A DNA stretch of 64,000 bases from a virus (Duplodnaviria > Caudoviricetes). Positions within the stretch are counted from its first letter, which is position 1. Each line of letters opens with the position of its first letter. The translations under genes were made by a program, and so were the position numbers. Below are positions 40,621 through 49,415 of the stretch, piece after piece. The notes under the pieces were generated by a model. That model made no database searches. It was not told where the DNA came from and saw only the letters and a program-made list of their open reading frames with translations. The stretch covers positions 2,880 to 66,879 of IMG/VR virus record IMGVR_UViG_3300024249_000006. One strand, given 5' to 3'.

Positions 40621-41259
40621 GTGGACCAACATGAGAAGAACGCCGTGCTGTTCGCGGCGGATGACAGCCTGAACCCGAAGCTCCGAGGCCTGCTGCAGCT
40701 GCTGCTGTTCATCCTGGCACCGCGCAACAGTGACGAGGCGACCGCCACCGTGGCGGCGATTGCAGCGAGCTGTGGCGGCAAGGTCCGCACCATCCGGCGC
40801 TACCTGCACCAGCTGGCGGAGCTGGATTACCTCGACGTCCTCGACAACGGCGCGACGCGGCAGGGCGACCGATTCGTCCAGCGGCCGAACACCTACCGCA
40901 TTCTCACCGTGGCCGAGCGCCACGCCCGGCGAACGGCGCGGGCAGCCGAGGTTGAGATCATCACGGTCACACTAGACGGCCAAAATGGCAGCCAGAGTCT
41001 TCCCGAAGAAAGTAAACCTTCTTCCTGTGCCGGTACCGCGCGTGAGGCGGCCCGGGCGTTCTGGCTGCCCTTGCTGCCAGACCCAGACGCTTCGCCCGAA
41101 AGGCAAGGCGCTCACGAGCAAGGAGGCCTGGGCTTTAGCGGGCAGGTGTGGAGTCTACGCGCGGGCCCGCTACGCTCAGCAGCAGCAGCCGCGACACCGT
41201 GCCGAGGGCGTAGCCGACCGCCGCGGCCGCCGTCACCGTCAGCACCAGGACGAACATGA
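40621..41259 (+). CDS. Winged-HTH replication-initiator-like protein
   Basis: TVAAIAASCGGKVRTIRRYLHQLAELDYL..QRPNTYRIL (HTH_36-like); divergent from the RHH gene. Confidence 0.6.
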   Translation: MDQHEKNAVLFAADDSLNPKLRGLLQLLLFILAPRNSDEATATVAAIAASCGGKVRTIRRYLHQLAELDYLDVLDNGATRQGDRFVQRPNTYRILTVAERHARRTARAAEVEIITVTLDGQNGSQSLPEESKPSSCAGTAREAARAFWLPLLPDPDASPERQGAHEQGGLGFSGQVWSLRAGPLRSAAAAATPCRGRSRPPRPPSPSAPGRT

Positions 41260-41470
41260 AGTAGGTGAACTGGTCCCACCAGCCCATGTCACCAGCCGTC
41301 GCAGCGAGGGCACCGCCGCGGCACCGCGTCCCCGAACGCGTCTACGGCATTGCGGATAGCGATCCGCTGGTCGAGCCCGAGCCGGCCGATCGCCCGCTCG
41401 ATCGCGTCCAGACAGCGGTCCAGCTCCACCGCGCGCGGATCCGGCGGCTTCACGCGGACGATGTCGGCGC

Positions 41471-42839
41471 TCATCTGAGGTAATCGAGCCAACGCATCAG
41501 CACGATCCCGGTCGCAAGACCGCACACATACCAGAGGACGCAGAGCCGCACCCAGCGGCGGGTCAGGTTGGCGAGGTTGGGCGCGGACGCGGACCAGGGG
41601 TATCGCGGCTCTGGCTCTCCCTTTCCTGGCATGGTCACGACAACCGCAGCCGGCGCTCTGGCGCTTTGCGCTTCCTGGCCAGCGCCCGCTTGGCCGCCTC
41701 CATCTCCATGCGCTTGAACTCGCCGGCGACGTACACCGCGTCGCCATCGCCCATCCGATCGAGCATGATGCGCCGCCGGTTGGTGTCGACGAACGCCGTG
41801 CCTGGCAGCACGAACCGGCGGAACATCCCGATGTAGGCCCTCGCATCGGCCGGGCCGTCGGCGTAGGGCACCGTCGCCGGATCCGCCCGCCGATAGATCC
41901 CCGATTCGGTCCTGGTCGCGCACCAGCCGCAATACTCGATGCGGGGCTGCGCCATCCTGACCGGTGAGTTGGGTTCTGAATCGGTCCAACAGTTGTCGCA
42001 CACTGCGTGGGTCCATCGTGTCAATCTCAGTCCTCCTTATTAACGAACCTTGCGATAGCCTCGCGGTCCTCCGGATCCAACGTCCGCAACCACTGGCACA
42101 TGAAACACAATGGGGGATCTGGCGTGGGGTCTTCTGCGATGGCCTGGAACACATGGCAGCCGCAGTCGGTGCAGATGAACTCGCTCATCGACTGGCCCAC
42201 CCGATTGCACCCGCAAGGTAGAACGATCGGTCGATGTCAGCGCAAGTCTCGGCCCAGCCCAGCCAGAGCGTGGCGATCTCCTGGGTGGTCCTGGATCCGT
42301 ACCACATAGGCACGCGTCCCGCGTCGGTGGCGACCTCGCGCTCGATCTCCTCGCCACGCAGGATGCGGTCGATGCGCTCCAGGATCTCGGCGGGAGCGAG
42401 CTGCTCACTCACGCCTCCATGCCCCACCACGTCCTGCAGCACGCCTCGCAGAATTGCGCAGCCCAGCTGTCTTTGTTCCAGATGATCAGCGGGACGAAGT
42501 CGTCGTCGAGCTCCGCATCGCAGTAGGAACAGGTTGTCGCCATCGGTTCGTCAGGGCCGCCCCACGACACCGCCGTCCAGTTGAAGCCCTGGCGCGGACG
42601 CAGGCTGTGCGACATCAGTCGATCCCAGCGAAATCGAGGATCCGCTCGGCATAGCGCGACAGCACCGTCCGTACGTCTCGGTCATCCAGCTGGGCGGCCG
42701 TGAGGGTGGCCATCATCGCTGCGGCGAAGGCCTCGATCACCAAGCCAGTCGGCTGGTCCTGCACGATCGGCGCAATCGCGTTCATCAGCTGCTCGGTCAT
42801 CGCAGTGCCGGCGTCGAACTGGTCGTCGTCGTCGCTCAT
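41471..42839 (-). CDS. Cluster of small leftward hypothetical genes (e.g. 41471..41632, 41635..42024, 42409..42615, 42615..42839)
   Basis: Coupled ORFs with plausible composition, several with CxxC. Confidence 0.5.
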
Positions 42840-43426
42840 CCGAATACCATCTGCGGCTGTTGGGCGATTCGATCCAGCCATCGCAACATTCTCCGCTCGT
42901 TGATATCCGGCGCTGTCGCGAGGAAATTGCCGTCGGCCGAGGCGCAGCCCCACATCGCTGCAGTGCGCAGGCGGACCTCGCTGTTCACCCGGCCCATGTG
43001 CACGCCCTTGCCACGCGCCAGAGCGCCGGCGACCAGCTCACGCGCCTGGTGGGACAATTTGAACCGGGTGGTGCCGCCGATGAACAGGACGTCGAACGCA
43101 TCCCATGGCGGATCGCGCAGGCCGTCCTGGGCGACCAGGGCAGCCCTGAAGCCCGCGTCCCTGATCTTGGCCAGCACTGGCTCCGACAGGCGCCATGTCG
43201 CCACAGGGTCGCCCACGACGTCGGGCGCGGGCGCGAACAGGCACGTTGAGGCGGCGTAGTGGCGGCGGCGCAGGAACTCGAGGTAGAGCCCCTCGTCATA
43301 CGTGCCGGTATAGCAGCCGGTATCCGCAGCCCAGGTTCCGGCGAGAAGATCGAAGACTTGGCGCCGCCTGGGCGTGGTCAGGAAACCAAGATCGGGCCGC
43401 TTCCCCACGAGCGACATTCGGATCAC
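42836..43426 (-). CDS. Compact TGT/DpdA-like (deazaguanine transglycosylase-like) protein
   Basis: WAADTGC, PDVVGD, LVAQDG, LFIGGTT..K, VHMGRVNS and SADG motifs; adjacent to a QueF-like gene. Confidence 0.65.
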   Translation of the reverse strand: MIRMSLVGKRPDLGFLTTPRRRQVFDLLAGTWAADTGCYTGTYDEGLYLEFLRRRHYAASTCLFAPAPDVVGDPVATWRLSEPVLAKIRDAGFRAALVAQDGLRDPPWDAFDVLFIGGTTRFKLSHQARELVAGALARGKGVHMGRVNSEVRLRTAAMWGCASADGNFLATAPDINERRMLRWLDRIAQQPQMVFG

Positions 43427-43440
43427 TCCGCTCAGATAGA

Positions 43441-43692
43441 TCAGGCGACGACCGTGGTGATGACGCCGCCATGGTTGCCGTATGTCGTCACCCTGGCCGC
43501 GAACGTGCGCGCCAGGAGGCAGGTGATCTCCTCCTGCGCCATGTGCTTTTCTGACGCACCGATGCGCTTCGCCTCGGCGAGCAGCTCTTCGCAGAGGATG
43601 GTGCGCGAGCTCTCCACCAGGACGTCGTAGACATCCGGCTCCTTATCGACCGGGCATCGGGCAAACAGCTGGAAGCGATATCTCGCGATCAT
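43441..43692 (-). CDS. Minimal QueF-like tunnel-fold protein
   Basis: ARCPVDKEPDVYDVLVES resembles QueF CPxTxQPD; QEEIT..LA; GNHGGV C-terminal strand. Confidence 0.6.
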   Translation of the reverse strand: MIARYRFQLFARCPVDKEPDVYDVLVESSRTILCEELLAEAKRIGASEKHMAQEEITCLLARTFAARVTTYGNHGGVITTVVA

Positions 43693-43779
43693 TCCCCCCA
43701 CGTCCTTTCAATGATCAGACAGGCGATCCATGCGATCACCACGAGCGTCGGCCATGCGATCCAGATCAGCTCCATCGCC

Positions 43780-44306
43780 TCATTCCGGCGGCACGTAATC
43801 GGGCGGCGGATAGACGGACAGGCCGCCGACGTCGATGCCTTGCTCGCGCAGGTGCTTCGCGATGTCATCGCCGAACGCCTCGTGCAGCTGCAGCAGCATC
43901 TTGGCGTGCTCGACCGGGAACATGGCGATCACCCGGCTCACATCGCGCGGCAGATGCTGCAGCACGGCGCGACGCAATGCCTTGACGCCATCAGCAGTTT
44001 TGATGGCTGCTTCGATCGCCTCATCGGTGAGGCGCCGATCCTCGGTCCGGATCTCTAGCAAGAGGCAGAACGTGTGTTTCTCGGCCATCAGTGCATCGAG
44101 CCTTTCTGCTGCAGCGACGCATGCACGGAGAGCACCTTGGAGTTGTGATCCATCAGGAACCTGTTGACCACGTAGGGGTCCATATCCCGCACCATCAGGC
44201 CCATAGCGAGCGCCAGGATGTGCAGCATGTCGCCGCAGGAAACCTGCTCCTGCTTGGCGCGATCAACGATCACGGTGACCGCGTCGACTATCTCTTGTTC
44301 GTCCAT
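43780..44306 (-). CDS. Two small hypothetical proteins (43780..44088; 44088..44306)
   Basis: Coupled; 44306 start follows an AGGTAGG RBS just downstream of the array. Confidence 0.55.
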
Positions 44307-44330
44307 CCAGGCACCTACCTTCCCCAAAAG

Positions 44331-44926
44331 ACAGCAACCCGGCTGGGCAAGCGTGACCTGCCCAACCGAGCCCTGCCCGGCGCGACCTCGACGGGCGCGC
44401 CACGCCGGTCCTTAACCGCCGCGACGACACCAGAACGAACCCGGCCTAGCCGGGCCCGGCCCCGCGCCGTCTAGCCGCGCCAAGACCGCCACACCGTTTC
44501 CGGCCAAGCCCCGACATGACGAACCAAACCCCGGTTCCCCTTGCCGCGACCGCCATACCAGACCGGACCCGGCCAAGCCCCGGAGCGCCCCGCCACGGCA
44601 TGCGTTGCCAAGCCAGGGATTGCCCAGACCGCCACACCGCGTCTAGCCGCCGCCATGCCCGGCCACACCCAGCCAGCCTCGCCTAGACCGCCATGCATGG
44701 CCTTGCCAAACCGGGACGGGACTTACCGTGCCGCGGCCAGACCACGACCGCCGATCCGAGCCTCGCCCTGCCGAAACGAGCCTAGCCTTGTCCGCACCAG
44801 GACCGCCGCGCCTGCGTCTCGCCGTACCCTGAACGGGCCTCGCCGAGCCGCGCCGTTCCATGCCGCAACGCACCTTGTCTCGCCGCGTCACGCCCAGCCA
44901 AGACCGCCGTGACATCCAGCGCCGCA
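44331..44926 (-). ncRNA. Non-coding (GGY-NN)n pentamer array with GGCGGTC delimiters; candidate guide-RNA array
   Basis: Plus-strand GACCGCC at 44484, 44548, 44627, 44686, 44746, 44801, 44902 (AACCGCC at 44414); 5-nt periodic NN-RCC between them; lies just after the RAMP operon. Confidence 0.8.
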
Positions 44927-45391
44927 TCAAGCCGTAACCTGTTGCGCGCGCCCCGAGAGCTGCTCCACCTGGAAGTGCAGCTGCTCGACCTCCCTGCCCA
45001 TGCCGATCGCGTGCGCCACTTCCTTGGCCCGCCGTAGCGCGGCCAGCGCCCGATCGAACTCCGCCAGCAACACCTCGCGGGCCAACTGCTCGTCCGTGCG
45101 CAACCGAGCCGTCGAGATGTAGCCCTGCAGGGGCGCCATCGTCGGATCCCGCACGAACATCGGCGCCTTGACGACGAACGGGCTGACCGTCAGCACATAC
45201 TCGTAGCTGGCGATCAAGGTCCGCGCTTCGTCGAGCCGCCACGAGGCCGCAGCCTTGCGATCGTCCCAGGTGAAATGACGATGCAGTGGCGATCGGGGCG
45301 ACTTGGCCGCAGCGACGACCTCGTTCGGCGTCAGTCGCCCCTTATTGCGAGCAGCGATTGCATCCAGAGCTCTACGTGCTCTGTCGTTCAT
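44927..45391 (-). CDS. 154-aa helical accessory protein coupled to the RAMP gene
   Basis: ATGA overlap with the RAMP stop; LTPNEVVAAAKSPRSPLHRHFTWDD..A..WRLDEARTLI. Confidence 0.8.
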   Translation of the reverse strand: MNDRARRALDAIAARNKGRLTPNEVVAAAKSPRSPLHRHFTWDDRKAAASWRLDEARTLIASYEYVLTVSPFVVKAPMFVRDPTMAPLQGYISTARLRTDEQLAREVLLAEFDRALAALRRAKEVAHAIGMGREVEQLHFQVEQLSGRAQQVTA

Positions 45392-46224
45392 GCCGCTTCG
45401 TCCAGCTCTGGCTCATCCTCGTGGCCTGGGATCTGCGCCCCCTTGGCCTCGCGGCCGAGGCGGATGAGCTCCGCGCTGTATTCGGCCAGCTGTTCCTGCG
45501 ATTCATCATCGTAGCAATCGAATTTTTCGAGTGCGCGATCCTGTGCTGCGCAACCACCCTCGCGGATGATCCGCTTGTAGTCTGCGTCAGTGGCACGGCA
45601 GAGCCGGAATTGCCCAAAGCTGCCGCTGCCCTTCTCCTGGCGCCAATCACCGATGCCGCAGAGGATGCCGCCGGCGTGCAACAGCGTGGCAATCTGCTTG
45701 GCTGTCATCAGCGGTTGCGCGAAGCGAATCGTCACCTCACAGCACCATTCAGGAATGATCGCGCGCGTACGGATGTCCGGTGTCTGCTTGATGTCGGCTG
45801 ACCGCACGACCGACATCAACAGCTGCGGCACGCCGTAGATGTCGACGAATTGGCCCGGCACCCAGATGCGTCGGCCAACGCTGGTTTTGGTCGCGCCCGG
45901 CATGTCGAGCGCGGCCGTCTTGATCGAGCCCTTCAGTGCTGAGGCCGGAAAGCGCAGTCGTGTCGGCGGGTTCGGTCCCGAGTTGCGATAGACCGATGAA
46001 CGATATTCTGCTGGCGGATTGTGCTTGACGTTGGCAGCGCGTTCCGCGGCATTTTTCGGTGCTGAGCCCATCAGCAGGCTGCGCTTCGCCTTCTCTGACA
46101 TTCGATTGAAGATCAACGGCGATGTGCCGATGATCCAGAACTGCACTGAGCCTTCTGATAGTTCGAGGATCTTGGCCTCGGTGACGACCTTGCCTGCGCT
46201 TTTCTGTGCTGGTGCTCTTGCCAT
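45388..46224 (-). CDS. Stand-alone RAMP-superfamily (Cas7/Csm3-like) protein
   Basis: IIGTSPLIFN (beta1), FPASALKGSIK (cf. IPGSSLKGALR), C-terminal Gly-rich loop GIGDWRQEKGSGSFGQF; CAGGAG RBS. Confidence 0.8.
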   Translation of the reverse strand: MARAPAQKSAGKVVTEAKILELSEGSVQFWIIGTSPLIFNRMSEKAKRSLLMGSAPKNAAERAANVKHNPPAEYRSSVYRNSGPNPPTRLRFPASALKGSIKTAALDMPGATKTSVGRRIWVPGQFVDIYGVPQLLMSVVRSADIKQTPDIRTRAIIPEWCCEVTIRFAQPLMTAKQIATLLHAGGILCGIGDWRQEKGSGSFGQFRLCRATDADYKRIIREGGCAAQDRALEKFDCYDDESQEQLAEYSAELIRLGREAKGAQIPGHEDEPELDEAA

Positions 46225-46567
46225 TTGTGCTTCTCCTGTCCGGTAGGATTGGCGTTCAAGTCATGCAGTCTCCCGCAATAGATCAGTCTCTTCCTGGGCT
46301 CCCCCAGGCGGTTTTGGCGGCATGAACGGCGGCAGCATGTCGACACGATCGTTGACATACTGCAGCACGCGACGCCGCTGCGGCACCGGCATGGCTTGCA
46401 GGATCGCCATGATGCGCCGGATATCGTAGAGCTCGTGGTCCCTCGCGCGGCCCATCAGCGCAGCACCAGCAGCGCAGTGCTGGCCGCTACAGCCAGGGCG
46501 AACAGCGCGAGCGCGCCATCGGTCCGCCAATCACGCAATGCTCGTCGCAGTCGTCGCTGTTTGTTTG

Positions 46568-47884
46568 TCATGCGCTGACACTCCTGAGTTCTGCCGCCTT
46601 CGCCTTCTCGGCATTGTTGATCCGCTGCGCGAGTTCCGGTCGCTCCATCAGCAGCCGCTTGGCCAGGGTCTGCAAAGCGGTGCCACCGGTCGCCATCTTC
46701 AGTTGCACCTCGGTCTTGGCTGCTGCGATGTCGGCGAGGATCTGCTCGGTCCGCTCCAGATCTTTGTCGGGAGCCCGCTGCTGTCCCTCGTCGACCGGCG
46801 TGTCACTTTTTGCCGTCTCATTTGAGGGCGGATCGGGGTTGCAACGTTTCCAGCTGGCGTTCAGCGCCGCGTTGATCTCCTTCGCCATCTCGGGCCGCTT
46901 CTCGACGAACCAGCGCAGCGCGTCCTGCACCTCGTCCAGTGCGATGAGGGCGTCATGATCCGCCGGCGTCGTGGTGGCGTTGAACCGCGCGATCAGCTCA
47001 TCGGCCTTGGCGCGGTTCTTCGCCTCGCCGCGCAGCTGCGTGGACTCAGACTGAGTCCTGGGTGTGGACTTTGGTGGCGGCGGGGCAGGGGCCTCGCCGC
47101 GTGCCTTGGCGGCGATCGCCGCGCCCACCGCCTCATCGAGCGGCCGGTTCAGCGGGATCAGGTGCGCGTCCTGCGCATCGAGCTTGATCGGTACCGGGAA
47201 GCCTCGCGGATCGATGTCCGGGTGCTTCACCGGATCCAGTGGATACAACATGAACGACATGGTCATATCGAACATGAAGTCGCTGCCACACACCGGTTGC
47301 AGGCCGCCGTCGACCCACTCGGTTTTCTTCGGATCGTCCTTCTTCGGTCGGATGATCAACTTCGGCTCGGCGCGCAGGCAGCAGATCACATGCATATTCA
47401 GCTGTATGAACCGCTGCAGCATCGACTTGTGCGCGCGCTTCGGCTTGATCCAGGCGGTGCCCTTCACCCGTTCGCGCCGGTCCCAGTAGCCCCTGGCATC
47501 GGGGTCGCCGGCGAGCCGGTTGAGCTCATCCTCCATGCGCTCGAGCACTCCGCCGGGCCCGACGTGCTCATGGCTGACGCTGTCGAGGATCAATACTGCG
47601 GCGCCCATCTTCTGCGCCTGCTCGGCAGCGGCTGTGTATTTCTCGCTGATGAACGGCGGGTAGATGCTGCAGTGCTGGAATTCGAATTGCCCGGCATAGC
47701 GTCGGCCGCGATTGTTCTCGGTGTCAGCGAAGAAGATCTTGCCCTCTGGTCCAGCGAGCCCGCGCGCCAGGCGCAGTGCTGACATGGTTTTCCCAGCGCC
47801 TGTCGGGCCGCAGATTGCGATGAGATAGGTCTCGGCGCCCTGTACCGCTGGCGCATAGATCAGCTCTTGCGGCGCGTCAGGCAT
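46568..47884 (-). CDS. Sak4-like AAA ATPase/recombinase
   Basis: GPTGAGKT Walker A, ADTE, LILDSVSHEH..GGVL, VICCLRA. Confidence 0.85.
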   Translation of the reverse strand: MPDAPQELIYAPAVQGAETYLIAICGPTGAGKTMSALRLARGLAGPEGKIFFADTENNRGRRYAGQFEFQHCSIYPPFISEKYTAAAEQAQKMGAAVLILDSVSHEHVGPGGVLERMEDELNRLAGDPDARGYWDRRERVKGTAWIKPKRAHKSMLQRFIQLNMHVICCLRAEPKLIIRPKKDDPKKTEWVDGGLQPVCGSDFMFDMTMSFMLYPLDPVKHPDIDPRGFPVPIKLDAQDAHLIPLNRPLDEAVGAAIAAKARGEAPAPPPPKSTPRTQSESTQLRGEAKNRAKADELIARFNATTTPADHDALIALDEVQDALRWFVEKRPEMAKEINAALNASWKRCNPDPPSNETAKSDTPVDEGQQRAPDKDLERTEQILADIAAAKTEVQLKMATGGTALQTLAKRLLMERPELAQRINNAEKAKAAELRSVSA

Positions 47885-48419
47885 CAGGGCTCCAACATCG
47901 CCGCGACGGCGCGCTTGAGATCGCCGACCGTGAACATCGCTTCGCGGCACGGCCGCTCGAGCAGTCCCCAGTCCTCGGCGCAGAGCAGCCGCAGATTGTC
48001 GTGGGCGGGATTGGTGCCGAGCCACTTGCGGCCTTCGTCGGCAAACGGTCGCAGCGCCTCGGTGAGCACCTCCAGTCTGCGGCGCAGCTGCCGATCCTCT
48101 TTCTGCTTGCGCACCCGATAGGCGCGGTTGCGTTCCTTGCCGGTGAGCTGCGGTTGAATGTGGATCACGACTTCAGCTTCGGATCGATCACGACGCGCGT
48201 GCTGGGGCCGATGCCATCAGCCTTGGTGATGATGTCCGCCAGCGCGGCCTCGTTGTTGCCAGAGAAGATCATGATGTCGACGTCGATACCGAGTGGCCTG
48301 CCGTCGACCTTGATGAAACCATCGCCCGGCGTCCGACGCAGATAGTCGAGGTTGGCAAATGTGAGGCCGAGCACCAGCAGATGTCGGCCGTCTTTGCCCT
48401 GCACACTTGCTTTCAGCAT
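47884..48419 (-). CDS. Two small hypothetical proteins (47884..48168; 48165..48419)
   Basis: Coupled within the recombination operon. Confidence 0.5.
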
Positions 48420-48422
48420 TGC

Positions 48423-49385
48423 TCACCCCGCCCAGTTGTATTGATCGACGATCTTTCCTGCGATTGCCTCGTCGCGTGCGCGCTGCAGTCCCGACTGGTT
48501 GGTGGGATCCAGCCCGCGTGCCGATGCGGTGAACGCGCTCCAGTCATCGCGCGCGCCATACGCTGCATCGAGGAACACCTCCTCGTCGCTGTAGTTCGGC
48601 CAGCGATCGGTGGCCTGACACTCGCGCCACAGCTCGGCAGCCCGCTCAAACTTCGCCTGCGCGATCTCCAGGGCCTCGCCCGAGTAGCGGAACACCCGGA
48701 TGCCGTGCGGCTCCTCCTCCTCGATAACGAGGAAGCGCATGCCGTCCGGTGACCGCGGGCGCACCGCCGTCACGCCGCGGGGATACATGACGGCCTGGAT
48801 GTCGGCCGCGACCTCGGCAGCGCGATACTTCCAGGTCGCGGCCGACGCGATGCCCGAGGTCACCTTGAGATCCCACAGCGGTGCGGTCGGATCATCCGGC
48901 AGCCAGTCGGGCTTGCAGCGGCACCAGATCTCGCCTTCCTGCCAGATCACCGTCTGCTCGGCCTTGCCGCGGGTGAACGCGCCAGTGCGCTGCCGGAAGC
49001 GGTAGAGCTGCTCCAGGACGGCGCGCACGGTCGCAGCCTTGTCTTGGAGCAGGGGGATCTTGCCGGCCGCCCTGGCCGCGCTGCGCCGCGCCTTGGCCAC
49101 GTCCGACCGCCAGCTGGAGAACGGGAACTCCGCGATCAGGTCGTCGCCCAGCAGGAACGCGGCGTGCACCGCGCTGCCGACGTCCATGGTGTCGTTGTCG
49201 TCGGTGGCCTCGGCGGCAGCGCCGTAGCGCGGGTGCGCCACCCAGGCGTGCGCCGGGGAGCGGTCAACCAGACGCTGGGCGATGCCACGATTGAGCGAGG
49301 GCCGGATGCACGGATCGGCGAGATACTCGGCCGCCGTCAGGTCGTAGATGCCGGGCTTTCGAATGCGGCGTGGCCGTTGTGCCAT
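48423..49385 (-). CDS. PD-(D/E)XK exonuclease (ExoVIII/DUF3799-like)
   Basis: GSAVHAAFL, AEQTVIW..WCRCKPDW...DLKVT, IQAVMY. Confidence 0.88.
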   Translation of the reverse strand: MAQRPRRIRKPGIYDLTAAEYLADPCIRPSLNRGIAQRLVDRSPAHAWVAHPRYGAAAEATDDNDTMDVGSAVHAAFLLGDDLIAEFPFSSWRSDVAKARRSAARAAGKIPLLQDKAATVRAVLEQLYRFRQRTGAFTRGKAEQTVIWQEGEIWCRCKPDWLPDDPTAPLWDLKVTSGIASAATWKYRAAEVAADIQAVMYPRGVTAVRPRSPDGMRFLVIEEEEPHGIRVFRYSGEALEIAQAKFERAAELWRECQATDRWPNYSDEEVFLDAAYGARDDWSAFTASARGLDPTNQSGLQRARDEAIAGKIVDQYNWAG

Positions 49386-49415
49386 ACCGCAGTCTGTGCA
49401 GTTTGCACGGTGAGG

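Noticed and set aside
44421-44901. Self-targets of the array NN strings within this genome
   Set aside because: Only the cI/cro and 40.3-40.6 kb regions were glanced at, with no match; an exhaustive gapped search could not be done by hand, so no target is claimed.
44331-44926. Classical CRISPR or TIGR-Tas array
   Set aside because: No 25-40 nt conserved repeat, only a 7-nt delimiter; variable unit lengths; no cas1/cas2 or Nop-domain gene seen.
44091-45242. ORFs over the pentamer array (44446..44637, 44471..44698, 44541..44912, 44643..45242)
   Set aside because: Low-complexity Arg/Gly/Ala/Pro products of a stop-poor GC repeat with period 5; no RBS or family motifs.
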